Shown one piece after another: positions 1 to 12,577 of a stretch of DNA of 64,000 bases. The notes below the pieces were generated by a model. It was not told where the DNA came from. It searched no databases and worked only from the letters and a program-made list of their open reading frames with translations. Where the stretch lies: NCBI RefSeq assembly GCF_000143415.4, contig NW_003314405.1, positions 206,282 through 270,281 on the forward strand, in the 5' to 3' direction. Source of the stretch: Selaginella moellendorffii. Taxonomy: Eukaryota > Plantae > Lycopodiophyta. The position numbers were made by a program, and so were the translations under genes. Numbering within the stretch: position 1 is the first letter of the stretch; each line of letters starts with the position of its first letter.

Positions 1-18
1 CACGTTTCTCCTTTTCAG

Positions 19-2130
19 ATGGATGCTCTTTGTAGACGCTCCGCATTTGCCTCTGCAAACGAACTCTGCATCAGGAAACAAGTGGCAAATGTCAAGACGC
101 TTCGGGTACAAGCAAAAACTCTGTATACCTGCCGAATGCGCAGTCCAATGGAACAATCGAGCAGGCAGAAAAATGAGTCCGTGAAGCTGGACGTGAAGGG
201 TGTTCTCTCGTTCTTCAAGAAAAGCTTGGCTGTTGCAGCGGTTTCACTGGTTTTGACGCAGTCGCCTTGTCCGGTACTTGCTGACGAAGTTTTGACCTTT
301 CCCGGATCAAGTTTTAACGAGGTAAAGGCCGGGTTTTCTCCAGTTCTGTGAGAATCACACTCCGTTTCGCAGGTGCTTACAGTTCAGCGAACACTTCTCC
401 AAGCGTGGAGCATCATTCGAGATACATATGTCGACCCGACGTTCAATAAGCAAGGTAAACATCTTCATACAAAAAACTTTGATTGAAGTGGCCTTTCCTC
501 GCAGATTGGACATCGCAACTAAAGGACACGATTCTGAAACTCTCGACTTTGGATTCGTCTGAAACTGCATACGAGCAAGTCCGTGACATGCTTGCAACTC
601 TTGGCGACCCTTACACTCGTATAGTCACGCCAAAGGTAACCATCGCTGAGGAGATGTCCAGTTTGATTTGTGTCGTCTCCAGGAGTATGAAAACTTCCGT
701 ATAAGCAACGATGGTGCTGTTGATGGTGTTGGTTTGTTGATTGCGACTGAGCAAGAGTCTGGCAAGCTGGTAATCCTGTACACTCTTTCTTATTCAAGCT
801 TATCGTTCCAAACTTCAGGTTGTGCTTGCCACAATTGAAGGTGGCCCAGCAGAACGAGCAGGCGTACGTCCTGGAGACGAGCTCGTTCAGATAGATGGTC
901 ATTCCTCTTTTCCTTCGCCTCCGCGGAAATAATACTCAACTTTGATGCTTTTACAGATGTGGCTCTTGTTGGAATGAATGGTGAAGACGCCGCTATAAAA
1001 CTCCGTGGAAAGGCTGGAACTATCGTCGGTGTGAAACTCCGACGAACGGTAGGACGTGTTTATCCTCTTTCCGGCTTTACTGGTTTCATTTGTTGCAGCT
1101 TTCTCCAGACACGTCTTCCGCGCCAGAGCTGAAAGAGGTAAGCCACTAATGTGAACGAACTCTTGCTGATTTTGTCGTGCAGCTCAAGCTGAAACGCGAA
1201 ACCATATCCATGTCTCCAGTTTATACTGCAGTGCTGCCACACACAAACTCGTCTGGCCAGAAAACAAGCACTGGATACATACGCCTGGCACAATTCTCAC
1301 AGGTTCCTTCCTTTCCAGAATTCAAGTCTACTAACCTGGCTGAATTGTCTCCAGAACGCAGCCGCAGATATGCAGAAGGCCATCTTCAAACTGGAAGAAA
1401 GCAACGTGGATTCCTACATACTTGATCTCCGCAACAATCCGGTAGAGTTTTCTCCTCCATTGAAATGGAGCTTTTCCTTTCTGACTTGTCACAGCGTTCT
1501 TTACAGGGAGGATTGGTGAGAGCTGGACTAGATGTTGCGGAGATGTGGCTGGATGGCAACGAAACTCTAGTGAACACTGTCGATCGACGTGGGGTCACTC
1601 TTCCCATCAATGTGGCTAGAGGCCACGCTCTTACACACGATCCTCTTGTGGTACTTGTAAGTCGACTAGTTTTTTTTTTTATCTTTGGTCTTTGGTTTGC
1701 TTACCTGTGTCGATTCGCCTCACAGGTGAACGAAGGCAGCGCTAGTGCTAGCGAGATATTAGCCGGGGCTCTTCACGACAATGGAAGAGCCATACTTGTG
1801 GGACACAAAACGTTTGGCAAAGGCAAGATACAAGTAAGTCCATCTCTTTCTTCTTCTATTTCTTTGTTATGAAGTGACACTGAGAGCGCTCCTGGAATTT
1901 ATTTTTTGTGTATCCAGAGCGTTTCTCAACTCTGGGATGGCTCGGCTCTGTTCGTGACCGTCGCAAAGTACTTGTCACCATCTCTCCACCAAATCGACCA
2001 AGTTGGAATCGCTCCCGACGTGGAGTGCTCTCCACTCAAATCTCCAGACGACGTGAGCGAGGCCGCGGGGCCAGAAAAATTCCTGGAGCGCGATGCATGC
2101 GTACTAGTCGCGGAACATCTGATCGAGTGA
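19..2130 (+). CDS. ctpA: Carboxyl-terminal processing peptidase (CtpA-like, S41 family, PDZ + peptidase), multi-exon, probably plastid/lumen targeted
   Basis: Exon fragments [21 protein letters not shown] (PDZ), [22 protein letters not shown] (catalytic Ser), KTFGKGKIQ (catalytic Lys), VTVAKYLSP. About 50-nt GT-AG introns. ATG at 19 directly follows an acceptor-like ttttcag, so an upstream exon is possible. TGA ends at 2130. Confidence 0.9.
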
Positions 2131-2177
2131 AAAGAAAAGAGATAGAAAAGAAAACTATACGTCAAACTTGTAAATTC

Positions 2178-5123
2178 TCAACGATTTGTTGAACATACCT
2201 TATTGGCTCTTGGCAGAACTCCATTCTCGTACAAGTGCTCCAAAACTCGAGCTCCCTCCTCGAATCTCCCGAGCTTGCAAAAATCTGTGATGACCAAATC
2301 GTAGAGGTCGCACGTTTTCTTCTTCCTCTTCTCGGACTTCCTCGTCTTGCCGCCATCGCCACTCACGGCCATCTCGAAAATCCTGTTCGCGACGTCAATC
2401 TCGCCTCTCGTGAGCAGCCTGCGAATGTATTTCCTCGCCAGCCCAATCTCACGCCCATCCTCGTCTTGCTCCAAAGCCACGCCGAAGAGCTTGCATAGCT
2501 CGTCCACCTTATTCTCCTCCAGCAACCTGTCCGCCACTATCTTCACTGTAGAGCTGCTAGCACACCCCAGCTTCAATCCTTCCTCCACCATTCCAGCAGC
2601 TAAATCCAGCCTCTTCCACTTGATCAGCTCCAAAACTACGCTCCCGACGCTAATACTTCTTCTCCTCGAACTGAGCTCATTCACGAACTGGCATGCAACG
2701 CCCATCCTGTCACCACTTTGCTCGTGTATAATCTCCAGAAGAGCCAGGCTTGAGCCTTCCCTGTCCGCTAGCGTCTCGTCATAGTAGTCACAAGCCCTGG
2801 CCACCAATCCAGCTTCCAAAAAGCAGTCGAGGAGAATTGCGGGGTCGCCACCAATGCTGTCCTTGAAACACTCTACTGCCTGTTCCACTCTCCCAGCTTT
2901 TAGCAAGCCAAGGAGATATGGCCTGTATGCGCATTTCCTCAGAGGCAAGAATCCCGCCTTGATGACTGCCTGTAATGCTTCCCAGGCACCGTCCAGGTTG
3001 TTTGCAGTGCAAAGACTGCCGAACACTAGCTCGTAAGTTTCGTCGGCTGGCTCACACCCCTGTTCCATCATCCGGAGAAATAGTTTATGGATCTCTGCGT
3101 CCCGGCCGGATCTTGAGAAGCAGAGGAAAGCCGTGTTGTAGCTGTCGAGATCGAGAAGCCGTCCATTGTCACTCATATCCTTCACCAGGTTCTTAACCAG
3201 CTCTGGATCGCCTCGCTCGCAAAGGGCGGCCAGGAGTGTCTTGTAAGCACCAAGATCGGGTACGCATCCCATCGTCGGCAGGATGCTCGCAATCTTGAGA
3301 GCGGCGTCAACTTTCCGGGATTTGCAGAGGCCAGCGATGAGAATGTTACTTGTTGCAGAGTCTGGTGCAATGCCGTTGCGAACCATCTGCTGGAAAAGCT
3401 TGACAGCTTCGTTTTCTTTCCCTGACTCCCAGAGGCCACCTAGAATCGCATCGTACGAGGCTTTGTCCAGCTTGAACCGCTGCTTAACCATCGTCCCGTG
3501 GCACAACGAGAAGGCCTGCTCCATCTTCTTCTCCTTGATCAGCATTTCTATCAGAGCATTGCAGGACGCGGCATCGGGAGCTTGGTCTTTGGTTCGCATC
3601 CACTCCACAAACTTTAGAGCCACATCAACACCGCCACCACCTTTGCATAGTGCCTGAAGAACACAGTTGCTAGCTGCGGTGCTCACGGTGCAGGTCGCCC
3701 TTTTGAGTAGAACCAAAGCGTCGTCGACCCTGTGTTCCTCGCAGAGCTTGACGACGAGAGAGTTGTACGTGTTGCTGTCCGGCACGAACTTCTTGTCGAG
3801 CATTTTCTTCACCAGTCTGTGAACGTCTTCCATCCTGTCCGCCTTGTAGAGGAAATCCAGTAGTATCTCGTACGTGGTAGAAGAGCAAAGGCTGGAACTT
3901 GTTGTAGTTCTCACGATCGTATCGAATAGATTGTAGTTCTCTGGCCTCTCGAGCACTGCCTTGCACAACTCCAGCACCAAGAAGTTGAGAGTGTCGGTGT
4001 CCGCAACAGCACTCCTTCTGACCATATCACCCAGGAACCGAGACGCTTCCTCGACTTTCCCCAGGCCACAGAGCCCCGCAAGCATCGACTTGTGATCCAG
4101 CAAACTCTCGTCGGCTGAGTAGAACCCCGGAAGAACCATCTCGTCCTTCCCTGCCTCGCAAAACTTCGCGATGAGCGAGTTGAGAACGTTGTTCTTCACT
4201 GCAAACCCGTTCTTGACCATGCTCAGGACGAGCGGAAAAACTTCGCCACCCCGGCCACGCTCGATGAGACCTTGAACGAGCGCATTGCACGTCGAGACGC
4301 TAAACTCGTTCTTGGCTGCCGAGTTTCTGTAGAGGAAGTAAGCCTCCTCGATCTTCCCAATCGCGCAAAGCCCATCCACCAAAGTGGTGTAGAACACAAC
4401 GTCCGGGCAAATGCTGTGCTCGATCAAACCATCCAAAGCTCCACAGATTCTATGGACGACGCTTCCACCATCCTCTTCTCCGGCAAGAACATCCAGGGAG
4501 CTGCCCCTGGAAGCCATCTCCAGGAGGAGCAGGAAGCACTGGTCGCTCAACCCGGCCTTGTAGAGCCCATAGACCAGAGTGTTGAGCACCAAAGTCTCCA
4601 CCACCAATCCCTGTCTCAGCATCGCCACAGCGCTCTTGTGAGCCTCTTGGAACTTCCCAGCCTTGCAAAGGACCTTGATCACCGAGGAATGGGGAGAGAG
4701 CTCTTGCCGCGAGCTCCAGCCCCGCGGAAGATCCACCAGGCACGCTCCAGCTCCCAATCTCACCGCCGGGAAGGCACTGAGCACCGTAATCTCTGGAACG
4801 CATCCCCTCCTGGCCATCTCCGAGCACATCTTGATCGCCTCATCGATCTTGCCCTGCCTGGCCAGCGAATGCGCTACAAGCCCGATGCTCGTCGTCTCCG
4901 TGCTCTCGCCCTCCCTGTCCCCGCTGAGAATCCGCCGGAGCCGCGCCAGGAGCCCCGCATTGTCGGGATTGCTGGCGCTGGAGCTCGGTGGCGGCTTGGC
5001 GATAGCGGCAGCGTCAGAGCCAACGAGGATCGCGCGGAGCTTGGAGAGGAGCTCGGCATCGCGGGCCTTACCTTGCTCTCGCGCGTCCAACGCTAGGGTT
5101 CTAGTTCTCAAGAAGCATCGCAT
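2178..5123 (-). CDS. P-class pentatricopeptide repeat protein, intronless, 981 aa
   Basis: Repeated 35-aa motifs (PDVVFYTTLVDGLC, PDSNTYNSLVVKLC, PDSATSNILIAGLC). Basic N-terminus resembles an organellar transit peptide. Confidence 0.88.
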   Translation of the reverse strand: MRCFLRTRTLALDAREQGKARDAELLSKLRAILVGSDAAAIAKPPPSSSASNPDNAGLLARLRRILSGDREGESTETTSIGLVAHSLARQGKIDEAIKMCSEMARRGCVPEITVLSAFPAVRLGAGACLVDLPRGWSSRQELSPHSSVIKVLCKAGKFQEAHKSAVAMLRQGLVVETLVLNTLVYGLYKAGLSDQCFLLLLEMASRGSSLDVLAGEEDGGSVVHRICGALDGLIEHSICPDVVFYTTLVDGLCAIGKIEEAYFLYRNSAAKNEFSVSTCNALVQGLIERGRGGEVFPLVLSMVKNGFAVKNNVLNSLIAKFCEAGKDEMVLPGFYSADESLLDHKSMLAGLCGLGKVEEASRFLGDMVRRSAVADTDTLNFLVLELCKAVLERPENYNLFDTIVRTTTSSSLCSSTTYEILLDFLYKADRMEDVHRLVKKMLDKKFVPDSNTYNSLVVKLCEEHRVDDALVLLKRATCTVSTAASNCVLQALCKGGGGVDVALKFVEWMRTKDQAPDAASCNALIEMLIKEKKMEQAFSLCHGTMVKQRFKLDKASYDAILGGLWESGKENEAVKLFQQMVRNGIAPDSATSNILIAGLCKSRKVDAALKIASILPTMGCVPDLGAYKTLLAALCERGDPELVKNLVKDMSDNGRLLDLDSYNTAFLCFSRSGRDAEIHKLFLRMMEQGCEPADETYELVFGSLCTANNLDGAWEALQAVIKAGFLPLRKCAYRPYLLGLLKAGRVEQAVECFKDSIGGDPAILLDCFLEAGLVARACDYYDETLADREGSSLALLEIIHEQSGDRMGVACQFVNELSSRRRSISVGSVVLELIKWKRLDLAAGMVEEGLKLGCASSSTVKIVADRLLEENKVDELCKLFGVALEQDEDGREIGLARKYIRRLLTRGEIDVANRIFEMAVSGDGGKTRKSEKRKKKTCDLYDLVITDFCKLGRFEEGARVLEHLYENGVLPRANKVCSTNR

Positions 5124-5657
5124 TTAGGAGTATATTATAGCAAAGCCACTTTTATGTAGAGGTGAGTGATAGAGAGTTTTTGGGAGCCATGCCCCTGGGA
5201 ACAACCGCAATTTTTTATGCTTGCCGCACAGGGGCATCTTCATTCACATCATACTCTACCTAGGATATGCTTAGAATATTAGCATATTCTACTATTTAAC
5301 AGATTGATATTTAGTTAATAAATATTTTATATTTTATAATTATTTTAAGATTATCTATAAAAATTATGAATTTTTCCATAGCAGTACAATTCACTATTAA
5401 ATTTGCTCTCAATCTGTTTTATTCTCGTAAATAATGCATTCCTCTAGACCAAAAGCTAAAGGAGCACTTGAATTTCTAAAGAGGCTTTTATTGCACTCCA
5501 AATACATTTAAAAGTTTTTTTGGTTCTTGGAGTAATTCCTTTCAACAATGATTGAAATTATGTACCAAATCAAAGGTAAAATACTAATGACACACAACAA
5601 ACTCATAAATATTGTTTTCTCTTTATGATGTGATCTATGAATGCAAATAGACTTATT

Positions 5658-6640
5658 TTACTTTAGTTATTTAATTACACTTTTGACCACTTAAAAGAGT
5701 CACTCACAACCCTTATAAATCCTCATCCCAACTTGGGGTATTTATTAGCCTCCAATGTGTTCTTATATCCACATTAATTTCATACTTAATCTAAGTGCTT
5801 TATATATCTAGTCTTACTTTGGACACTCAATATTACCATTGATGCACCAGCTTCTTATGTTAAGGCTATATTTATTTTAAATATCTCATTAGTGTTATTC
5901 ATTCTTAAGTGGTTGTCCTGTAACTACACTTTAACATCCTTACAATGCCCCAAAACATAAGAAACACTATCCTTCAATATCCCTTCTTTTTTTATTCTCA
6001 TTAAATCTTTTTCTATCTACAGTAGTGCTCGCTAACACCATTACTGGGTCAAAACATAAAAACTTATCCACAAAGTCCCACTAACATCTGGGACTTTCTT
6101 ACATGTGACCATACTATAAGTGATTAATTTTTCCATTCTACTTTAGTCATTTAACCACACTTCCAACCACTTGAAGGAGTCCCATTCACAACCTTTATAA
6201 GTCTAATTTAAAACTTGGGGTTTGCTAGCCCCAAAAATGGCATCCATGCCACTCAACCTTTGCATTTGGTCCAAGTGCTTCATGTGTCCAATCCCATGAT
6301 CGACACCCCAAGGTACCACTAATATATCGGCCCGTTACACTAAGGCTATGCCCCTTCATCTTGGTCACACCGGTGGTCTAACACCATCTGCATCACCGTC
6401 TCGTCTCTCAAACATTGGGCCATCCATCCATGAGTGATCATCCCAAATTCACTCTTTAGCATCCTTAAGATGCCCGCGGACATGAGGAATAGCCTTCCCC
6501 AATATCCTTTTTCCAATCCCCACCAAGTCCCTTTTTGTCAATGACCGAGTTTGCCAACACTGCCATTGGATCAAGGCCTATAGGCCCGACCATTATGTCC
6601 TATGGTCCTCTAGGACTTCTTTACCACATGACTGTATCCT
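5658..6640. repeat. Degenerate tandem duplication of a ~480-bp unit (5658-6110 vs 6138-6640), probably transposon-derived
   Basis: tactttagttatttaattacacttttgaccacttaaaagagtc vs tactttagtcatttaaccacacttccaaccacttgaaggagtc, with collinear similarity continuing downstream. Confidence 0.55.
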
Positions 6641-6899
6641 TGGTCACTACACCAAAGGACTACTCTTCTTTCTTTCCACAGTCTGGGACTTTGGGACAAC
6701 AATTCGGAACACCATGGCCCTACGCAAGCCTCATGGGTACTCTCCCCACTTTTTGCCTTTGGGTGCTTTAGCCATGGGCTTAGAGTGAGGTTTCGTTAAG
6801 CCATGCTAGGTATCTAAGTAAGTAGTGCCATCCATACTTGGACTGGGAGCATCAACCATTCAATCTCCCAAGGGAATTAAAGCCAGCTCTTGAACACTT

Positions 6900-9800
6900 C
6901 ACCAAGCTACCTCGCTTGTTGGTCCGTATTCACTCTAGCTTTGGACTTCCTAGTGGTCAGCTCATCACCCAACACCTGGGTACAACCTTCCTGGGCTAAA
7001 CTGGTCTTTCTTGGCCAAACTGACTCCACTGGGCTCCAACCCCTACACTCTCCCTACTATACTTTTGGAACCCCCTGCAGCCCACCCCCCTTAGGGGACG
7101 ATTGCTTTGGGCTTTCACTCAACAGCTTGTATTAGTATTCGGACTCAGACTCAGTCTTGGTCTCAGCCTCGGCCTTGGCCTCAGACTCGGTCTCAATCTC
7201 GGTCTTGGTCTCGGTTCCACCTCAGACTCCATCTTGGACTTTATCTCGGGTCCATCTCGGACTCCATCTCGGGTCCATCTTAGACTCCATCTCAGACTTC
7301 ATCTCAGACTCCATCTCAAACTTCATCTTGGGTCCATCTCAGACTTCATATCAGGTCCATCTCAGACTCCATCTTGGGTCCATCTTTGACTCCATCTCAG
7401 GTCCATCTCGAACTCCATCTCGGGTCCATCTCAGACTCCATCTTGGGTCCATCTTAGACTCCATCTCGGACACTTCCACATGTCACGTGTTGGACTTCTT
7501 GTGTCCCTTTTCTAGAGATTCACTTATTGCTCACTTCGTACTTGTTCCTCGAGCACTTCATTGGGAGTTCCACTCTCGCTCCCGACCTTTCAAGTTGGAG
7601 CTTTTAGTCCAAACGTGTTACACTCGTTTGGCTTTCGCTTCGGCCACTACCACGTGGCACCCTTTCGGCTCCACTTTGGGGCTTAGGGATTTGTGTCTCA
7701 CAACTCCACCACCCATAGACAAAGTTCGATGTCCTCATCAAACGACAAACTATTTTATAAAGTAATATTAGCATGTATTATCCTTTCCATCTTTGGCACC
7801 TAGCTAATATTTGTCAATGGTTTATCACCGAAGGCTCACCATGCCTTGCCCATCCTCTAAGGAGCATAGTCTCTCTAACTTAGAGATTTATTCGACTGTT
7901 TATGGTGGTTCTTTCCTTTTATTGGTTTAGTTCTCACTAAATTTGTTAGAGACACTTTCTTTATCTCAATCCCACTATTCATTCTCGAGTAGTCTCAGTT
8001 ATAATATTTACACTTTGGAACTTTTACTTTTGACTTCTCAAAGTCAATTTCCTAGGTGTCTTTGACATCTTATAATGCATATTTTGTGCAACTCCACTTC
8101 CCCATTCTAGGAAATTCTCTACTTGAGAGCACCACCATCCTTTTTTCTATTTCGTGCCATCTTTAACACTAAGTTCCAATTACTATAATTTGTGCTAGTT
8201 TGTCCATGGCCCTATCATTTAGCTACCTTATTGCTCCTTCCTTTGGAGCTTTCACTTTCGCTAAATTGGAGCAATTAAAAATCCATCTTTAGAAAGACAT
8301 TGCCTTTCCCACAATCCATTAGTCTCTAATATATTAGTGTTCATAACCTAACTTTGCCATTTAGATTCCTTTCTATAGTTCCTGTGGCTCTTTTCTTAGC
8401 CATTAGTCTTTTGCTCCTATCCATTGATTGTTGCACCAAGCAACATAGGATCACTACCTCCATCCTTGAGGTATTCTTTCGGTTCCATGGCAAAAGCTCC
8501 ACCTTGCCAAGTCCAAAGGGTGCTCACCCCTAGTAGATCTCTTTAGCAGTTTCTGCTATGAGCTCTATCTATGGCCCAACTTTATGACCCTTTCACGGGT
8601 CTCTCCTAGAGACTACTTTCTTTAGACTTACTATGCTATTGCATTGACATAGCTCATTTCCCTTAAGTGTTCTTCCCACTTGGTCACTTTGACTAAGCCA
8701 CACCATTATCATTAGTTCAAATCAATATTTTAAACTAAGAACCTTATTCTTTACCCAAATAAAGACCTTGTTTTTATTTAGCCACAAGATTACCTAGTGA
8801 TCTCATCTTGTCACTTTAATAGGTTTGCTAATAGATACTAGGTCTTCTAGACCTTTAAGTTGTTGACCATGACCTCGGGGGCATCCCCCACACTTAACGG
8901 TGCACCCAAGCCAGCCTTTTCGACCAAGGGTCCATAGCAACTGAGACTGGGTGTCCTCATTTCATTCACCATGTCCTAGGTGCCACTTGCACCAAAGTGT
9001 TCAAGTTAGATATGTTGAAATTTCACACTAAGCAATCTAACCGTACATCACGACTTTAGGGCATCCTCTGTTTAGCGGTGTGCCCAAGCTAGTCTCCTTA
9101 CTAAGAGTCCATGATCACCGAAAAATGAGTATCTTCATATTCCAAACCATCACCATGCCCTAATGAGTTGGGACTCGAACCCAAGCACTAGAGGGTCGGG
9201 ATTCGAACCCAACCTCTGTATATGCATCTACAGATAGCATCACTCAAGATGTTTGGTGTGACTCCCTATGCCGGTGCACCAACTTATACTTAAAAACGTG
9301 CTACAAATCACAACTTAGGAACTTAGTTCCTCTGCATTGCCAAGTCCTCTTACTTGATAAGTCTGTAATCATGCATGGACTCCTCTATGCTCGGCCTCAT
9401 GGGCCACCTATTTTGAAGTTAGCATCTTCAACTAGGGGATTTGTTTTTCTGACTTGCCAATTTTGTTTAGCAAGTCATCTGACCAACGTAACATAATTTC
9501 ATGCATAAGTGTGAAAGTCCTTGACCATTGACTTTTGTTCAAAGCCATCCCTTTGAACACTCGGGAATTACTTCCCTAACCTTAATAGTCTTGCCTTATA
9601 GCAAGCTTTAAAACCATGCTTCTGCTGTGCCACTTTGATTTCGTGTGTTCTATGAACCATTTACACATGGCTTTCTAGGTATTAAGTTATCTAGAATTGT
9701 CTTTAGGAATCTTGAAGGGACTCTATTCTTTAACTTGCTAAGGCCTCTCCTTTCACAAGCTTTTTAATTGCCATATGGTCTAACATGAACAATTCCATAC

Positions 9801-11181
9801 TTTAGACTCTCCATGGCATCAAGGTTGCTAGTAACAATATACTTGAGCACCCACTTGATTCTCCACTCCCAACTTGCATAACCACCTTTGGTTATGCCCT
9901 TCAATTTCCATGGTTCGGTTCTATCCCCTTACTACTTGTTTTTTGTCTCACACATTTCCTTTGGTTATTCTTCTCTAGATTAGGAGGATAGTTTTGCACT
10001 TTCTACCATGCCTTAGCAAGTATTTATAAGAATGAACCTACCTGATAGCCTAAGAAGTGGTTCCTCAATCCGGGTATGCTCACCTTATAATCTCACATAC
10101 CGGGATTAATGTTTCTATTTATGGGCCTTTATATGCCCATCACTAGCCTTGCCAAAATCCCATTCTTGGCTTTGTCTAATTTGGGTAAACAGACTTCTCT
10201 TATCTCCTCAACCTTTGACATTTGGATGGCACTTCATATCCATCATTTGCTAGGGATTTAGTCCCTTTAGGCCTTATCTATTGCCCTCATGACACTAAAC
10301 ATCACCTCCTAGTGTTTTAGAGTGTTTGGGTGTCCTAATGATGGCTTCTTTGACAATGAGCATTTCTTTTTCACATTGACTTATTATATCGCAACATAAG
10401 CAATTTATCCCCCATAAGGGTATAGCTAACTTTCTTATCCCAATAAAAAGTTTTAGATAGTTGTCTTCTACCAGTTTAACCAATTATTTTGCACCTTTTT
10501 TCTTAGTTTCAAATCCTACAACTCATTGTTAGTGTTTCCACACCTTTATCATTATTTGGGTCACCACACTCCAACCATAGGCCTTCCAACTTAGGCTATG
10601 CAACTTTTATTTCCATTAGAATTCCTTTGGGAAGGGATTCTAATGAACTCGCCAACTTGACCTTAAGGCCTCATGCCTTGGCATATTCGGTGTCTCCACA
10701 CTATTGGCTTTACAAGTCTACCTTTACGACACTTCCCACTCGTGTCTGGGTCTTTGCCAAGACCAAAGCAGTCGTTTCTCATACCAACTATCAATTAGCA
10801 CGGCATGATAGTGTTCATATACAACTTTGTGCCAAAGTTGCTTTTTTTTTGGAACACCTTTCCCTCGACTTTAGTATGGCACAAATTGCCATCGATGAGA
10901 TACCCACTGTTCTCATACTTGAATCTTATTATCCTCCCCATCCTTTGTGGAGTACAACACACCTCAATTCAAATGCTTTTGCCAATCCTTTAGGACCATT
11001 CCTTGACTCTACTTAAGTCATCCAACATTTCTGGACTTCACTAATCCAATGACCCATAAGGTCTTATTTTGAGGTGCTAACTCACTGAAATACAACTTCG
11101 TGTATTCATGTCCTACTCATAAGGGCCATCTTTGCAAGTGTTACTCTAACACTTAATTATTTTCTGTTCCCTATGGGCTAC
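6900..11181 (-). mobile_element. Older, heavily decayed Ty3/gypsy LTR element related to the 11182-16752 element (3' LTR remnant ending at 7702, PPT, 3' internal region)
   Basis: ccctactatacttttggaaccccctgcagccc at ~7053 is identical to the young LTR. GACTCCATCTC-type repeats at 7140-7470. LTR end ...tctcaca at 7702 is followed by the same PPT actccaccacccatag. 8860-9270 is homologous to 12390-12650. No intact ORFs. Left boundary approximate. Confidence 0.7.
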
Positions 11182-12332
11182 TGTAAGCCACAAATTTTTC
11201 CTTTCCAATTTGTCAGCTTACCTCGTCTATCCGTTCAACACTGCCTTGGCTTTTGCTAAGTTCCCTTGCCAAGGTTCTTGCCTATGGTACCAGCTCCTAC
11301 TTGGTCTCAGCTACTCACTGCACGAGCAATGGAGTGTTAGCTATCCATCCACGGATTCCCAAATCACTCCCAATCCCCCTCCCCGGGTTAGACTGGACTT
11401 AAGGTTCGGCTACACTCCCCGCAAGCACAAGCAGCCAAGCACACCAAGCTTCCAGGTTCCTAACATCCCTTAGTACCACAAGACTTAATCATGGGACCCT
11501 CTAAATCCCAAGTCTTGAGTGCAACACTTGCTTCGGGACGCCGGGGCGAAACACCGTGGCCTAGCGGCCCGGTATGGGTACCTCTATCCCCCCACTTCCA
11601 TCCCGAAGGAAGGCCCAAGCCCCTAGGGAGGGCGAGGACCAATGAGCCGCATGGTACTCAAGTGGGACACCACTCCACATGAGTCGGGAGCACCGCAATC
11701 GGTTTCCCTTTCGGGAGTGGGAGCTGCTCTTGAGCACTTCCCTGGATGGCCCCTCCGGCACCAAACAAGTCCATGCTCACTCCCACCCAAGGCCCCTCGG
11801 TCCCAGTCTCAACCTCAAGTCAGTTTGGAAGCCCCACTGGAGAGTCCCTTCAAAACTAGTTCCTAGACCTCACTATCCCTACTAACTTTTTGGGAACCCC
11901 CCGGGAGCCCCCCCCCCCCCCCCCCCCCCCCCTAGGAGATGCACGCTTTGGGCTTTCACCCCTTGACCCGTATTAGTATTTGGACTTAGTCTCTGGCTTG
12001 ATCTCGGACCCGATTTCGGATCCGACTTCGGATTCGGTCTCGGACTCGATCTCGGACTCGATCTCGGACCCGATCTCGGACCCGACCTCGGACTCGGTCT
12101 CGGACCCAATTTCGGATCTCGGACTCATCTCGAACTCGGTCTCGAACTCGGACTCGAACGCGGTCCCCGAGTCGGTCTCGGACTCGATTCCGGACTCTAT
12201 CTCGAACTCGGTCCTAGAGTCGGTCTTGGACTCGATCTTTGACTTGGTCCCATCCGATGAACTCTTTGTCATTTTGGTCATGCTTTCGGGGTTCCTTTAG
12301 CCTACGACACCTCGGCGAGTTGGTTCCTTACA
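11182..12332 (-). repeat. 3' LTR
   Basis: tgtaagccac...gttccttaca, near-identical to 15609-16752. Contains a C25 tract (11908-11932) and 12-bp GATCTCGGACTC-type tandem repeats. Confidence 0.95.
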
Positions 12333-12346
12333 ACTCCACCACCCAT
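12333..12346 (-). other. Polypurine tract
   Basis: Minus strand ATGGGTGGTGGAGT lies immediately before the TG of the 3' LTR. The same motif follows the older LTR at 7703. Confidence 0.8.
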
Positions 12347-12523
12347 AGAAGAAGTTCGATGCCCACATCGAACATCTTGTTTTATCCTACGACTTGTTGA
12401 CCATGTCTCCGGGGGCATCCCCCCACTTAGCGGTGTGCCTAAGTTAGCCTCCCCGGCCAAGAACTCATGACAACGGAATATAGGTGTCCCTATACTCCTC
12501 CCCTCACCACGCCCTAGTATGGG

Positions 12524-12577
12524 GTCGGGACTTGAACCTAGCCTTACTTTACTAGGGGGTTGGGACTCGAACCCAAC
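12524..12577 (-). promoter_or_regulatory. Two tandem tRNA T-arm / Pol III B-box-like hairpins in the element 3' UTR
   Basis: Minus strand GTTGGGTTCGAGTCCCAAC and degenerate GCTAGGTTCAAGTCCCGAC. A homologous pair lies at 9167-9213. Confidence 0.55.

Noticed and set aside
4272-5096. Long antisense ORFs (also 31584-32465, 49636-50853, 19653-20351, 43498-44109)
   Set aside because: Shadow frames of GC-rich coding genes with no recognisable motifs.
11881-11910. Cluster of differences between the two LTRs next to the C-tract
   Set aside because: The 5' LTR and the old LTR at 7053 agree with each other, so the 3' LTR variant beside a C25 run is probably a sequencing error. Not used for dating.
11970-12300. 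Ser/Asp- or Glu-rich ORFs and a CRISPR-like look of the repeats (also 7100-7470 and 16400-16700)
   Set aside because: These are translations of 6/12-bp LTR tandem repeats. There are no unique spacers or cas genes, and the context is eukaryotic.
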